From: Octopus bimaculoides
Lineage: Eukaryota
DNA: 64,000 bases
Direction: 5' to 3'
Assembly (NCBI RefSeq): GCF_001194135.2
Contig: NC_068988.1
Span: forward strand, 45,402,319-45,466,318
Part shown: positions 39,616-49,925 of the stretch, one piece after another
Layout of the letters: the number at the start of each line of letters is the position of its first letter
Numbering within the stretch: the stretch's first letter is position 1
The notes under the pieces: model-generated
The model's database searches: none
Told to the model about the DNA's origin: nothing
Seen by the model: the letters and a program-made list of their open reading frames with translations, nothing else
Program-made: the position numbers and the translations under genes

Positions 39616-42600
39616 CTACATTGCTGTTGCTTCTTTAATTTCTGAGAAATTAATATTTGGTTCAAATTTTCTTTCTGCTTTTGACATAATATTTGCTCCA
39701 AAGGAATTCATCTGGCCAAGCTTACTGGCTGATTGAAACAAATTATTCAGTCTCTGTAAAGTATGCGGCAGCAGTTTGTTCCGTGCAGTAAAGTTGTGGG
39801 GAAATTTATTACCTGTCGTTGGTGTGATGTTTAGCTTCATCTCTGTCTCTGGTTTCAAAGTGGATGAAATTGGTTGTTCAAACAAAAGGCCATATTTACG
39901 TAAGGGTTTACACACATTGCTGGAATTGGTATCCATTTTTGGTTTTAACCAAGCATTTGATTTAAATGTGATTGCTTGTTTTTGAGCCTTCTCTTCTAAA
40001 CAGGTCTTACTGTGTTGACACTGTTCCAAAATATTTTTTACCTTAAAATTATTTTCCCATTCAGAAGTCAATATTAGATTATTAATTGTCTTTAGTTCAC
40101 TAACAGTTTTTCTCCTCTGTATATTTTTTGGTGTCAATATTTGATTCATTTCTTCGATATTATTTTTTTTAGACAGATATTTTTGTGTTTTTGTAATCTG
40201 TGGGCCAGAAAATGCTTTTCTATGTAATATAGCTTTATTTCTAACAAAATTTGGGGGTCGCAAAGACACTTTTGGCTCCAGTTTATCTACCAATTCATAT
40301 GAATGGGTTAAATTAAATGATGATTGTATACTTTGCCTCCTTTTCTCAGGACCATATTTAAATGTTTCTGATTTAAGATCTGCAGAAACTATCGTCTTCC
40401 TCAAGTTATTTTTATGAAATTGTTTCGTTGATTTAAATAGATTCTTTGAGTCTAGTGAATCAAACATCATTACCAATTCTAATACATTATTTTGCATAGC
40501 TAGTTTCTGTTCTCTTTTTGTAACCATTTGTTCATATGTTAACAGAGTTCGAGGAGTATTTCTTGGAGCAAATATATCATCTAGTTGAAATAGTTTATCA
40601 CTTGCAATCATAAAGTTTTGTGGAAATCCTCCTCTTGTCATCACTGAATGGCAAGCATCAAACATTGAGTAATGTAAATCTGTCATTCTTTGGCAAGGGA
40701 AGTGAATAGTATTTGTCGTTGAATTTGGAACAATGCTCCCACTTGGATTCCATTTTTTGTTTGAAACAATTTCAAGTTTTGCTAGATTTTTAGGCTGAAG
40801 TTGCAATGGACCATGAGAAAACCTACCTGTAAGAATAGTCTTTAATTTAAATTCTTTCTTTTCACCTGGAATAATTTTATTTACTTGTTCAATACCAGGA
40901 GGCTTCTGAACTTCACTTGATTTAAAATTAGATCTCAATTCCAATTTTCCTTTTGTCTGTGATGCTATTCTTGGCTCACTCATAATATGCAACTGAAGGC
41001 TTTTCTTTCTTCCACCGGAAATCCTTGGCTGGGGAGCATTTCTTTCATATAGTGCATTTCGCAAATTACAGTTTTCTTTCCACAGAACTCTCTGTTTTGG
41101 ATTAGAGAGGTTCTTTATTTTATCTAGAGAGTTTTTAATTTGGGGAGCTATTTCAGACATAGATGAAGATTTTAGTTTTACAGAAACATTATCTTTAATT
41201 GCATACATTGAACTGCATTGGCTGCTTGTCCTCAGTATGCTTATCATCTCAGGTGGTTTGTCTGGTTCAGTTAGACTAGTTGAATGATGTGATATATTTT
41301 CTTTATCTTTACGTTCTGGTGCATACATTTCTTCTCTTGATACTGAATTATTCCTAGCCAAAAATGTTTTTACTTTTTCAGAAATAAATGGTGAATTTCT
41401 GAAAGTGTTTGACTGAAGAAAATTCCTTATTTTTTGCAGTTCAATTTGGTCTTCATTTTTTTTCTTTTCCCAAAAGCTCCAGTTTAGCTCTTCTTCTCTC
41501 TGATCAAATGCATTCTCTGTTGTACTTATGTAATTTGGTACCTCTTCTGATTTCAAGAAATTCTCCTTACTTTGACTAGGAGCTCCTTCAGATATACATT
41601 TTATTCCAAGAGAAACTTCTGCTGCGCATTCATTTTCTATTCTAAATGTAATATTTGATCGAACTAAGTTTTCTGATTTGATGTCATTTGTTTGCTTTTT
41701 AAAATTTCTTAGTACTTGAGATGTCTGTTGCTTAGATTTCAAGTTATTTACATAGTCTTCCTTAACTGAACTTTGAGACTTTTTCTTATTGATTTGTTTT
41801 TGAGAATTCCTTCCCTCATCTGCTTGCATTTGTTCCACTGTATCTGTAGTTCTACCCCCTGTCATTTTTTGGGTTGCATATTTTAATTTACTCCTGTTTC
41901 TTTGTTTTAGCTGAGGTGCAATTTCTATTCTGGTTGGAGATGTAAAATTCACTTTCTTCTTACTTTTGATGCTAACTTTTGATTTAACAGAAGAATTTAG
42001 AGTTCTCTTTATTGACTTTATTGATGTGTAATTGTTTGTGGATTTCAGGTTAGCAGTCTTTTCTGATATTGATTTGTTGTCTGGTGGACATGGTACCAGT
42101 GGAATTAGTAAATATTTGTGGCTGTATGGATACTCATCAGGAAGTGGTTTCATATGTACAAGCCAAAGTTTAGAGTCATATTTATCCTTTGGTTTTAATC
42201 TGTTCATTACATCATTAACATTACAAACTTCTAGAGCTTCTGATGTATCAGTAGGAGTATCTCGTTTGTTATTAACTTTCAATGGCAATGGAAGGGTATT
42301 GATACCAGTGGCTTCCAAAGCATCTGTTGACTTGGCAAGAGTGACATATGTAGTATTAACATTCTTCAAAGTTTTATCATTTCGTTGAAGAATATCATCG
42401 CCCCTGACATTTTTGCTGACACCTTTGGCTTCCAAAGTTTCTGAAATATTGATAGGATGAGCATTTTCCATTGCAGTATTATTCAAAGGTTTATCATTTC
42501 TGTCAAAAGTATTTTCCATTCTTACAATATCATGGACATCACTGACATTCAGACCTGAAGAGTTGATGAGAGTGATAAACTCAGTACTAAAATTTTTTGT

Positions 42601-44556
42601 TGATTTTTCATTTGTTTGAAAATTATTTTCTTTTCTTACTGTGTTTCTCAGTTTCGTTTGAATGGCTGGGTTAACAGAATTTCTCTTTGGATTAGTTTTA
42701 CCAGAAGCTGGGATGCTATAACCAACAGAAGTTCTTTCACTACTACATGCAGAATTACCTGCTGTTATTTTAGCTCTGGCTTTATCATTAGAACTTGCTG
42801 TAGTTTTACTTTTAGATACAATTTTACTTTCGGGTACAAATGAGCCTCCCAATCCAGTTTCATCTCTAGCTGCAGATTTACCTCCAGATGAAGATTTGCC
42901 TCTAGATGTAGATTTGCCTCCAGATGTAGATTTACCTCTAGATATAGATTTATAGCTATATGGAGATTTATCTCTAGATATATATCTATCTCTAGATGTA
43001 TCACGATGTTCAAAAGATATTTTACTTATAGGTGTACTTCTTATAACAGTTTTAAAACTTTCTGCTGGAGTGTAACCTACAGCTGAAGCTTTATGCTTAT
43101 CTGTAGATTTGCATTTAGTAGTAGCTTTACTTCCAGTTACATTTTTTACTTTAAACTTTATTCTATTTTCCCTTCCTTCTGGTGTATCACCAAACACACT
43201 TTCATTTCTGCCTGTTGATTTTCTTCCTGGATCACTAGTACTTCCAACTCTTGTTTTATTACCAAATGCACTTTTACTTTCCAGCACAGACTTACTGGCA
43301 AATGAAGTTGTAATTCCAGCTGCTGTGGTTTTACCTTTCTCTATGTTTTTACTGCTGGGTGTGCTTTTTCTACCTACTAAGGATTTTGTGCAATGCTTAG
43401 TTTTATCAAGAGATGTGGTTGAACTGACAACACTAGTTTTAATCTTACTTCCAAATACAATTACACTTTCAAGTAAAGCTTTATCATTGTGTTTTATATT
43501 AGATGTTCTTTTACTTCTAGGTGTAGAAGTGGATGCAACTACAGTTTTATCTCTACATTCAGTACTGCAACCAAGTTTACACCTATTGCCCAGTTCAGTT
43601 TTGCCTCCTAAAGTAGTTCTTAGTTTACCTTTGCATGGAATTCCACCTCCTTTTATTTTACATCTTTCTGGGTTTGGTTTACCTACAAATTCAGTTTTCT
43701 CATCAGACATAATTTCCCCTTCATCTATAATTTTATCTTTAATTAATGCTATACCACTAACTACAGTTTTGCCACTAATTGAAGTTTTATCACCAGTTAA
43801 TATTTTCCCATCATATTCAGCTCCAGCACCTTCTGTATTATTACTTTCAAGCATACTTTTATGGTATGGCTCTGGTTGGCATTCTTCAGTCTTTCTGATA
43901 TCCATTCTATTGTTGCTTATAAATGTTGATTCTTTTCTTAAAGGACCTTTATTAAAAGATGTGATTATGCTGCCAGATGATTCTTCTAATTTAGAAGAGG
44001 ATCTATTTCTTACATCCTGATATGCATTTAATGTATTCTTAAAATGTAATGACTTCTCAGTCTGAAAATGTTCTTGCATGCAGGTTGTGGCTCCTAATTT
44101 TGATACATTCTCTTGGTAAAGCATTTCATCTGATTTAAGTGCAGCCATACTTGTTAGTGTTTTTTCTAATTCCAAGGCAAATTTTGATGCTATTTCAGCC
44201 TTCAGATTGAAAGTATTCTTTAGTTCATCATCATTCTTTATAGTAATCCTCATCTGAATCATTGGGATATTATGCTTTTTCTCTTCTTGGAAAGCAACGT
44301 TAGATTCAAATCCATGCCTGGCAGCTTTTTCGTTAACAGTTTCCTTTGTGTTTTTCACAGGAACCCTTGGTTTACATAAAGTTTTCCATTGTTGAGGTCC
44401 AATGCATCTTTGCAATGACAAGGGATTTGACTTTGAAGTATGCCTTAAATTCCACCTGTTCCATTGTTTGAATTGCAAAAATTTCAGTCTTGATGCCAGT
44501 TGAGATATGAAATCCTTCTCAGGGTTTAACCAAGAATAAGACTTATGCCTGTCCAT
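39616..44556 (-). CDS. Large single-exon ORF (1646 aa), Lys/Ser/Thr/Asn-rich, probably largely disordered protein of unknown family with a central hexapeptide-repeat region
   Basis: 4941 bp without a stop in very AT-rich DNA where other ORFs are under about 150 aa; non-microsatellite sequence; in-frame TGA 9 codons upstream of the ATG (44581-44583); TAG at 39616-39618. No recognisable domain. Confidence 0.85.
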   Translation of the reverse strand: MDRHKSYSWLNPEKDFISQLASRLKFLQFKQWNRWNLRHTSKSNPLSLQRCIGPQQWKTLCKPRVPVKNTKETVNEKAARHGFESNVAFQEEKKHNIPMIQMRITIKNDDELKNTFNLKAEIASKFALELEKTLTSMAALKSDEMLYQENVSKLGATTCMQEHFQTEKSLHFKNTLNAYQDVRNRSSSKLEESSGSIITSFNKGPLRKESTFISNNRMDIRKTEECQPEPYHKSMLESNNTEGAGAEYDGKILTGDKTSISGKTVVSGIALIKDKIIDEGEIMSDEKTEFVGKPNPERCKIKGGGIPCKGKLRTTLGGKTELGNRCKLGCSTECRDKTVVASTSTPRSKRTSNIKHNDKALLESVIVFGSKIKTSVVSSTTSLDKTKHCTKSLVGRKSTPSSKNIEKGKTTAAGITTSFASKSVLESKSAFGNKTRVGSTSDPGRKSTGRNESVFGDTPEGRENRIKFKVKNVTGSKATTKCKSTDKHKASAVGYTPAESFKTVIRSTPISKISFEHRDTSRDRYISRDKSPYSYKSISRGKSTSGGKSTSRGKSSSGGKSAARDETGLGGSFVPESKIVSKSKTTASSNDKARAKITAGNSACSSERTSVGYSIPASGKTNPKRNSVNPAIQTKLRNTVRKENNFQTNEKSTKNFSTEFITLINSSGLNVSDVHDIVRMENTFDRNDKPLNNTAMENAHPINISETLEAKGVSKNVRGDDILQRNDKTLKNVNTTYVTLAKSTDALEATGINTLPLPLKVNNKRDTPTDTSEALEVCNVNDVMNRLKPKDKYDSKLWLVHMKPLPDEYPYSHKYLLIPLVPCPPDNKSISEKTANLKSTNNYTSIKSIKRTLNSSVKSKVSIKSKKKVNFTSPTRIEIAPQLKQRNRSKLKYATQKMTGGRTTDTVEQMQADEGRNSQKQINKKKSQSSVKEDYVNNLKSKQQTSQVLRNFKKQTNDIKSENLVRSNITFRIENECAAEVSLGIKCISEGAPSQSKENFLKSEEVPNYISTTENAFDQREEELNWSFWEKKKNEDQIELQKIRNFLQSNTFRNSPFISEKVKTFLARNNSVSREEMYAPERKDKENISHHSTSLTEPDKPPEMISILRTSSQCSSMYAIKDNVSVKLKSSSMSEIAPQIKNSLDKIKNLSNPKQRVLWKENCNLRNALYERNAPQPRISGGRKKSLQLHIMSEPRIASQTKGKLELRSNFKSSEVQKPPGIEQVNKIIPGEKKEFKLKTILTGRFSHGPLQLQPKNLAKLEIVSNKKWNPSGSIVPNSTTNTIHFPCQRMTDLHYSMFDACHSVMTRGGFPQNFMIASDKLFQLDDIFAPRNTPRTLLTYEQMVTKREQKLAMQNNVLELVMMFDSLDSKNLFKSTKQFHKNNLRKTIVSADLKSETFKYGPEKRRQSIQSSFNLTHSYELVDKLEPKVSLRPPNFVRNKAILHRKAFSGPQITKTQKYLSKKNNIEEMNQILTPKNIQRRKTVSELKTINNLILTSEWENNFKVKNILEQCQHSKTCLEEKAQKQAITFKSNAWLKPKMDTNSSNVCKPLRKYGLLFEQPISSTLKPETEMKLNITPTTGNKFPHNFTARNKLLPHTLQRLNNLFQSASKLGQMNSFGANIMSKAERKFEPNINFSEIKEATAM
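42685..43809 (-). repeat. Degenerate 18-bp / hexapeptide tandem repeat inside the large ORF (aa about 250-624)
   Basis: Protein parses into 6-aa units (GKILTG DKTSIS GKTVVS ... SKSVLE SKSAFG NKTRVG ... GKSTSG GKSTSR GKSSSG GKSAAR); DNA units such as agatttgcctctagatgt are nearly identical at about 42890-43000. Confidence 0.8.
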
Positions 44557-44941
44557 TAGACCAAGTGTTTTCGTTGTGCTTCAAGACAACATCTTGCGTA
44601 AAATACATCTTTTTCTTTTTTTATTGATATTGATGCTGTCTAAACTGCAGCTGATGCTGGTCTTGGTGCTTCTGTTCTTTATGCAACTTTGTTGTCTTCA
44701 GTTTGTCCTCCCAGGTACAGGAAAATTCTGTGGATGGAGTTAGCAAAATTAACAAATATGTGTGTATTGCATTTATGTGTGTGTGTGTGGGGGGGGGGTA
44801 TTAATTCCATAACGGCTACGTCTGATGAGTGCAGGTTTACATTATTGGACTGTTACTTAACACTCTGTTGTGAAACCGATTGGTAAGATCGGTTGTAATG
44901 GATATATAAATACTGTACACTTTGATTAATATATTTATATA

Positions 44942-46129
44942 CAGGTGTTGGACAAAATAATGGAAACACCTAGCATCATAGAATCATAATTTTGAAATAT
45001 CTATAAAACCATCAAAAGCTTGTTTATTTATTTATTTTTTTTATTCATTATTAGTGTTGCTTAATATGTTTTGCTAAAATTGCTCTTACTTTTCAGATAT
45101 CATGAGGAAAAGGTAATTAAAATTCATTAAAATGACAGATCTATCGGACTTTCAAAGAGGCCAAATTGCTGGTGCTCGTACGGCAGGTGCTAGTGTAATG
45201 AAAACAGCCGAAATGTTTGGTGTATCAAGAAGTACTGTCTCAAAAGTAATGACAGTCTTTGAGGAAGAGGGAAAAAACCTCTTCATCGAAACAAAACACC
45301 AGAAGAAAACCAAAACTTTCAGATAGGGACCATTGGACTCTTACACGAATTGTTAGAAAGGATCACAAAAGGCTGCAATCAGAAAACCGCAACTTTCAAA
45401 AACAAATGTTGCAAAGCATTTAGAGTGGAGTAAAAACCTACAGAATTGGTCCCTAGAGCAGTGGAAGAATGTTATTTTCTTGGACAAGTCAGTCTTTACC
45501 TTATCCCTGACCACCGGCCGAGTATACGTGTAGAGACAGCCAAAAGAAGCATTTGAACCAGATTGCCTTCTTCCAGCTGTTAAACATGGAGGAGGATCTG
45601 TGATGATCGGGGGGGGGGGGCTAGGATCTGTGATGATCTGGGGGAAATCCGCCAGCCCAATGGTTTCCTTTCATGGCAGAATTAATAGTCAAGAATATTT
45701 AAGCATTTTATCTGATCAAATTCATCTTATAGTTGCAGAACTGTTTTTAGAGGGAAAAACAATCTTGCAGGATGATAATATGCCAATTCACACAGCTAAA
45801 GTTGTTAGTGAATAGCACGAGGAACATTCTAATGAAGTTGAACATCTTATCTGGCCACCACAGTCCTCAGATCTCAATATTATTGAACATTTATGGTGCA
45901 TTTTAGAAAAACAAGTAAGGAGTCTATATCCTCCACCATCATCACTACAAGAACTTAAGACTGTTTTAGCTGAAGAATGGACAAAAATTCCTTTGGAAAC
46001 AAATCAAACTTTGTACGAGTCCATACCTCATAGAATTCAAGCTGTAATTACTGCTAAGGGCAGTCTTACTCCATATTGAAATAAATTTGTTTGAAATTTT
46101 AAGGTGTTTCCATTATTTTGTCCAACCCC
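44942..46129 (+). mobile_element. Tc1-like DNA transposon, DD36E (Incomer-like), non-autonomous
   Basis: TA|CAGGTGTTGGACAAAATAATGGAAACACCT left end, matching inverted copy at about 46102-46129; transposase remnant from ATG 45132 to TGA 46079. Confidence 0.9.
45132..46079 (+). pseudogene. Disrupted DD36E Tc1 transposase
   Basis: MTDLSDFQRGQIAGARTAGASV N-terminus; QDDNMPIH...WPPQSSDLNIIEHLW with 36 residues between catalytic D and E; ends AKGSLTPY*; frameshifts, stops, an internal deletion near 45370 and a small duplication near 45590-45640. Confidence 0.88.
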
Positions 46130-46416
46130 AAGAGGGTAACAGGCTGGGCAAATAAGTAGTATCAAGTATAGAAGAATTTGATAAACGATGAAAAATAAAC
46201 AAACTGAAATGTTAGGAGTACAGTTGAAGAGAAAAAAAAATTATGAGATGAGAAAATAAATGGGATAAGAATACACTGTGCTTACATAAATGTCAGAGAG
46301 TTTGATATATATGTATGTTGTACACATGAGCAATTGTATGTGATCATGTTGATTAGTCTAGCAGCTGATGAACACAAAGTCTCAAAATTCAAAGCTTTTA
46401 AAGTGTATGTTCATAA

Positions 46417-46643
46417 TTAACCTTTTAGCATTTATTCTGGCCATATCCAGCCCAAATATTCTACATGTTTTATGCTAAAACCGAACAGATCCAATCCTTC
46501 ACACCTACCTTACAATGTCTTTCTAAAAATATGAAAACATACCATTGAAATCTTGAAGCTTTGAGATAATGCATGATTAATTCAAATCAATGTGAATAAA
46601 TAAGCTATAGATTTGACAAAGAAATCTGAATACTAAAGGTTAA
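46417..46643. mobile_element. piggyBac-type MITE with TTAA target duplication
   Basis: TTAA|CCTTTTAGCATT ... AATACTAAAGG|TTAA. Confidence 0.7.
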
Positions 46644-46883
46644 AGGATATTGTTAGGTTGAACAAAGAAAATGTGGCATTACAAATTTAAAGTAAAACTT
46701 CAGAGCAAAACCGTCTACAGTGAAATAATAGTATTAAGGAGAGGAAATACTAAGCAGTGCGTATAAATGCAATGTTATCACTGGTTTGAATATGTTGATA
46801 GCATGTTTGGACTTGTAAAAAAGCTAGAAAATTACTGTTTGTAAATCTCTCAAGGAGAGATATTCAGCAACAGTACTCTAGAG

Positions 46884-47230
46884 TAAAGATTATTTGCCAA
46901 CATAACATGTCAGTCCTGGTTTAGGACAAATGTTGCTGTAATTTAGCCCCAGGAGACATCGTCTCCAGCTGGCCATATGACATGATTTGTGTCCTTATAT
47001 TTTTGGAACAAGGGCATTTAGCACCCCCACTCTGCTTAAAACAATAACCTGGAAATTGCGATACATATTGTTTTGAGCTGAGTGGGGGTGCTAAATATAA
47101 AGACACAAATTGTATATAAAGACACAGATTGTATTGTATAGCCAGCTGGAGACGATTTCTCCTGAGGCTAAATTACATCAACATTCATTCTAGACCAGGA
47201 CTGCCATGTTATGTTGGCAAATAATCTTTA
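46884..47230. mobile_element. Foldback / MITE-like near-palindrome (about 350 bp)
   Basis: Outer arms 46884-46973 and 47141-47230 are inverted copies; inner arms 47016-47046 and 47066-47096 also inverted. Confidence 0.75.
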
Positions 47231-47394
47231 TTGTAAATAGGATATTCACTGTATTTTGTCATAGTGAAAATTTCTCACTATAGACAAATGGTGTAGATAC
47301 ATCTAGATCAGTAATAAGTATATTCATGAAAAAATAAAAGCATGGGGCGTAAAACAAGTCGAAAATAAATCTGTTTTCTTCCTGTATGGCGATT

Positions 47395-48640
47395 ACTATT
47401 CTTTTACTCGTTTCAGTCATTTGACTGTGGCCATGCTGGAGCACCGCCTTTAGTCGAGCAAATTGACACCAGGACTTATTTTTTGTGAGCCTAGTACTTA
47501 TTCTATCGGTGTATTTTGCCGAACCACTAAGTTACGGGGATGTAAACACACCAGCATCGGTTGTCAAGCGATGTTGGGGGACAAACACAGACACACAAAT
47601 ATATATACACACATACATATATATGACAGGCTTCTTTCAGTTTCTTTCTACCAAATCCACGCACAAGGCATTGATCGGCCCAAGGCTATAGTTGAAGACA
47701 CTTTCCCAAGGTCCCACGCAGTGGGACTGAACCCGGAACTATGTGGTTTGTAAGCAAGCTACTTACCACATAGTCACTCCTGTGCCTATACCTCCAATAT
47801 TCTGTAATATATATTCTTTCTTTTATTCATTTAGTTGTTCCAGTCATTTGAGTGTGGCCGTGCTGGAGCACCGCCTTTAGTCAAACAAATCAATCCCAGA
47901 ACTTATTCTTTGTAAGCCTAGTATTTATTCTATCAGTCTCTTTTGCCAAACTGTTAAGTTTCAGGGACATAAACAAACCAACATCGGTTGTCACGCAATG
48001 TCTGGGGCACAAACACAGAGACACACACAAACATATACTTATATGTATACGACGGGCTTCTTCCAGTTTCCATCTATTAAATCTACTCAAAAGGCTTTGG
48101 TCAGCCTGAGGCTATAGAAAAAGACACTTGCCTAAGGTTCCATGCTGTGGGACGGAACCTGGAACCATGTAGTTGAGAAGCAAGCTTCCTACCACACAGC
48201 CACGCCTGCGCCTATATGTTTATCTTTTATTTTTTACTTGTTTCAATCATTAGACTATGACCATGCTGGGGCACCACCTAGAAGAACTCTTAGTTGAATG
48301 AATTAAATCCCGTACCTGTTTTTTAAAGTTTGGTACTTATTATATCAAGTCTCTTTTGCCAAACTACTAAGTTACTGGACGTAAACAAACCAACACCATT
48401 TGTCAAGCAGTGGTGGGAGACAAACACAAAGACACACACACACGTAAAGATATATGTGTGTGTGTGTGTGTGTATGTGTACAATGGGATTCTTTCAGTTT
48501 TTGTTTATCAAATCCACTCAGAAGGCTTTGGTCTGCTCGAGGCTATAGCAGAAGACACTTGCCCAAGGTGTCACAGGGTGGGACTGAACCCAGAACAATG
48601 AGGTTGGGAAGCAAGCTTCTTACTACACAGCCACACCATA
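47395..48640 (-). mobile_element. Three head-to-tail SINE family A copies (about 47395-47790, 47815-48215, 48225-48640)
   Basis: Three consecutive reverse-complement matches. Confidence 0.85.
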
Positions 48641-49084
48641 AATGATAAAAGGTGACAATGGAACACATACATGTAATAGTACCGAGTGCTATGTTCATTC
48701 TATTGATGAAAATGTAAAAAACCTGAAAGTCATAGAGGTTAGTATAAAAATAATTATTTTGTAGGAAACATTACTTTTTACCTGCTTCTTCTGAAAAGTA
48801 AAATTGAGAAGCAGGTAAAATATAAATGAGACATGTAGAAGGATGTATCAATTTAACTGAAAAGAAATTTCTAGAGTAACTTTTTGTTTGGTAACTTAAA
48901 CATACGAAATGAACTGGTGGTCAACGTATTTAATAACATTTTAGTTCGCACATATCTTAGAAAAGGAAAGGTACTTCGTTATGTTTGCAAATAGATTAAG
49001 ACAAAACAGGTATATCTTAAAATATGACTAGTAAATATCAAGTTGTGTCAACTTGATGAAATGTATGTCATCATCATCATTGTC

Positions 49085-49925
49085 ATCAGTGTCGTCATCG
49101 TCGTCCGACGTCGTCGTCATCATCATCATCATCATTATCATCATCAACACTATCATTGTTTAACGTCTGTTTTCCATGCTGGCATGGGCTGGACAGTTTG
49201 ACTGAAAACTGGTAAGCCGGGGAGTTACACTAGGTTCCAATCTGGTTTGGCATGGTTTCTATGGCTGGAGTGTCGTGGGTGCTTTTTACATGTCACCGAC
49301 ATGGGTGCCACTGATATGAAAAATTGCATCAACAATGCACTATAACGGTACTTTTTACATGCCATTAGCATGGGTGCCAGTCAAGTGGTACTGGCATCTG
49401 CTCTGGCTACGATTTCACTTAGCTTGACAAATCTTCTCAAGCACAGCATATTGCCCAATGTTTGAGGGGTGATTTTTACATGCCAGTTACAAGACACTGG
49501 CATCAGCCATGACTGTGATCTCATTTGGCTTGAGGTGTCTTCTCAAGCACAGCATATCACCAAAGATCTTGGTCACCTGATTTGCCTGGGTCTACCTCTT
49601 CCACAGGTTCTGTCCACCATTAGAGTGTAGTACTTCTTCACAATGTTGTTTTTGTCCATATACATCACATGACTATACCAATGCAGTCATCTCTCTTGCA
49701 CACCACATCTGATGCTTCTTATGCCGAGCTTTTCTCTCAAGATGCTTACTCTCTGTCATACATGCACACTGACATTGCACATCTAGTGAAGCTTTCTAGC
49801 TTCATTTCTTACAAGCCTATGCATGTCCTTGGTGGTCACAGCCCATGTTTCACTGTCATGTAGCATGGCTGTTTTCACACAGGCATCATACAGTTTACCT
49901 TTCACTCTGAGAGAGAGGCCCTTTG
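49085..49925 (-). mobile_element. RTE-clade LINE 3' fragment (ORF2 C-terminus, 3' UTR and (GAT)n-type tail)
   Basis: Minus translation GLSLRVKGKLYDACVKTAMLHDSETWAV...LREKLGIRSIRCGVQER*LHWYSHV...GRGRP; 3' UTR shared with other copies in the window. Confidence 0.85.

Noticed and set aside
43109-44020. 303-aa plus-strand ORF and other antisense ORFs over the giant ORF
   Set aside because: Shadow frames produced by codon bias and repeats of the minus-strand gene; no independent coding signal.
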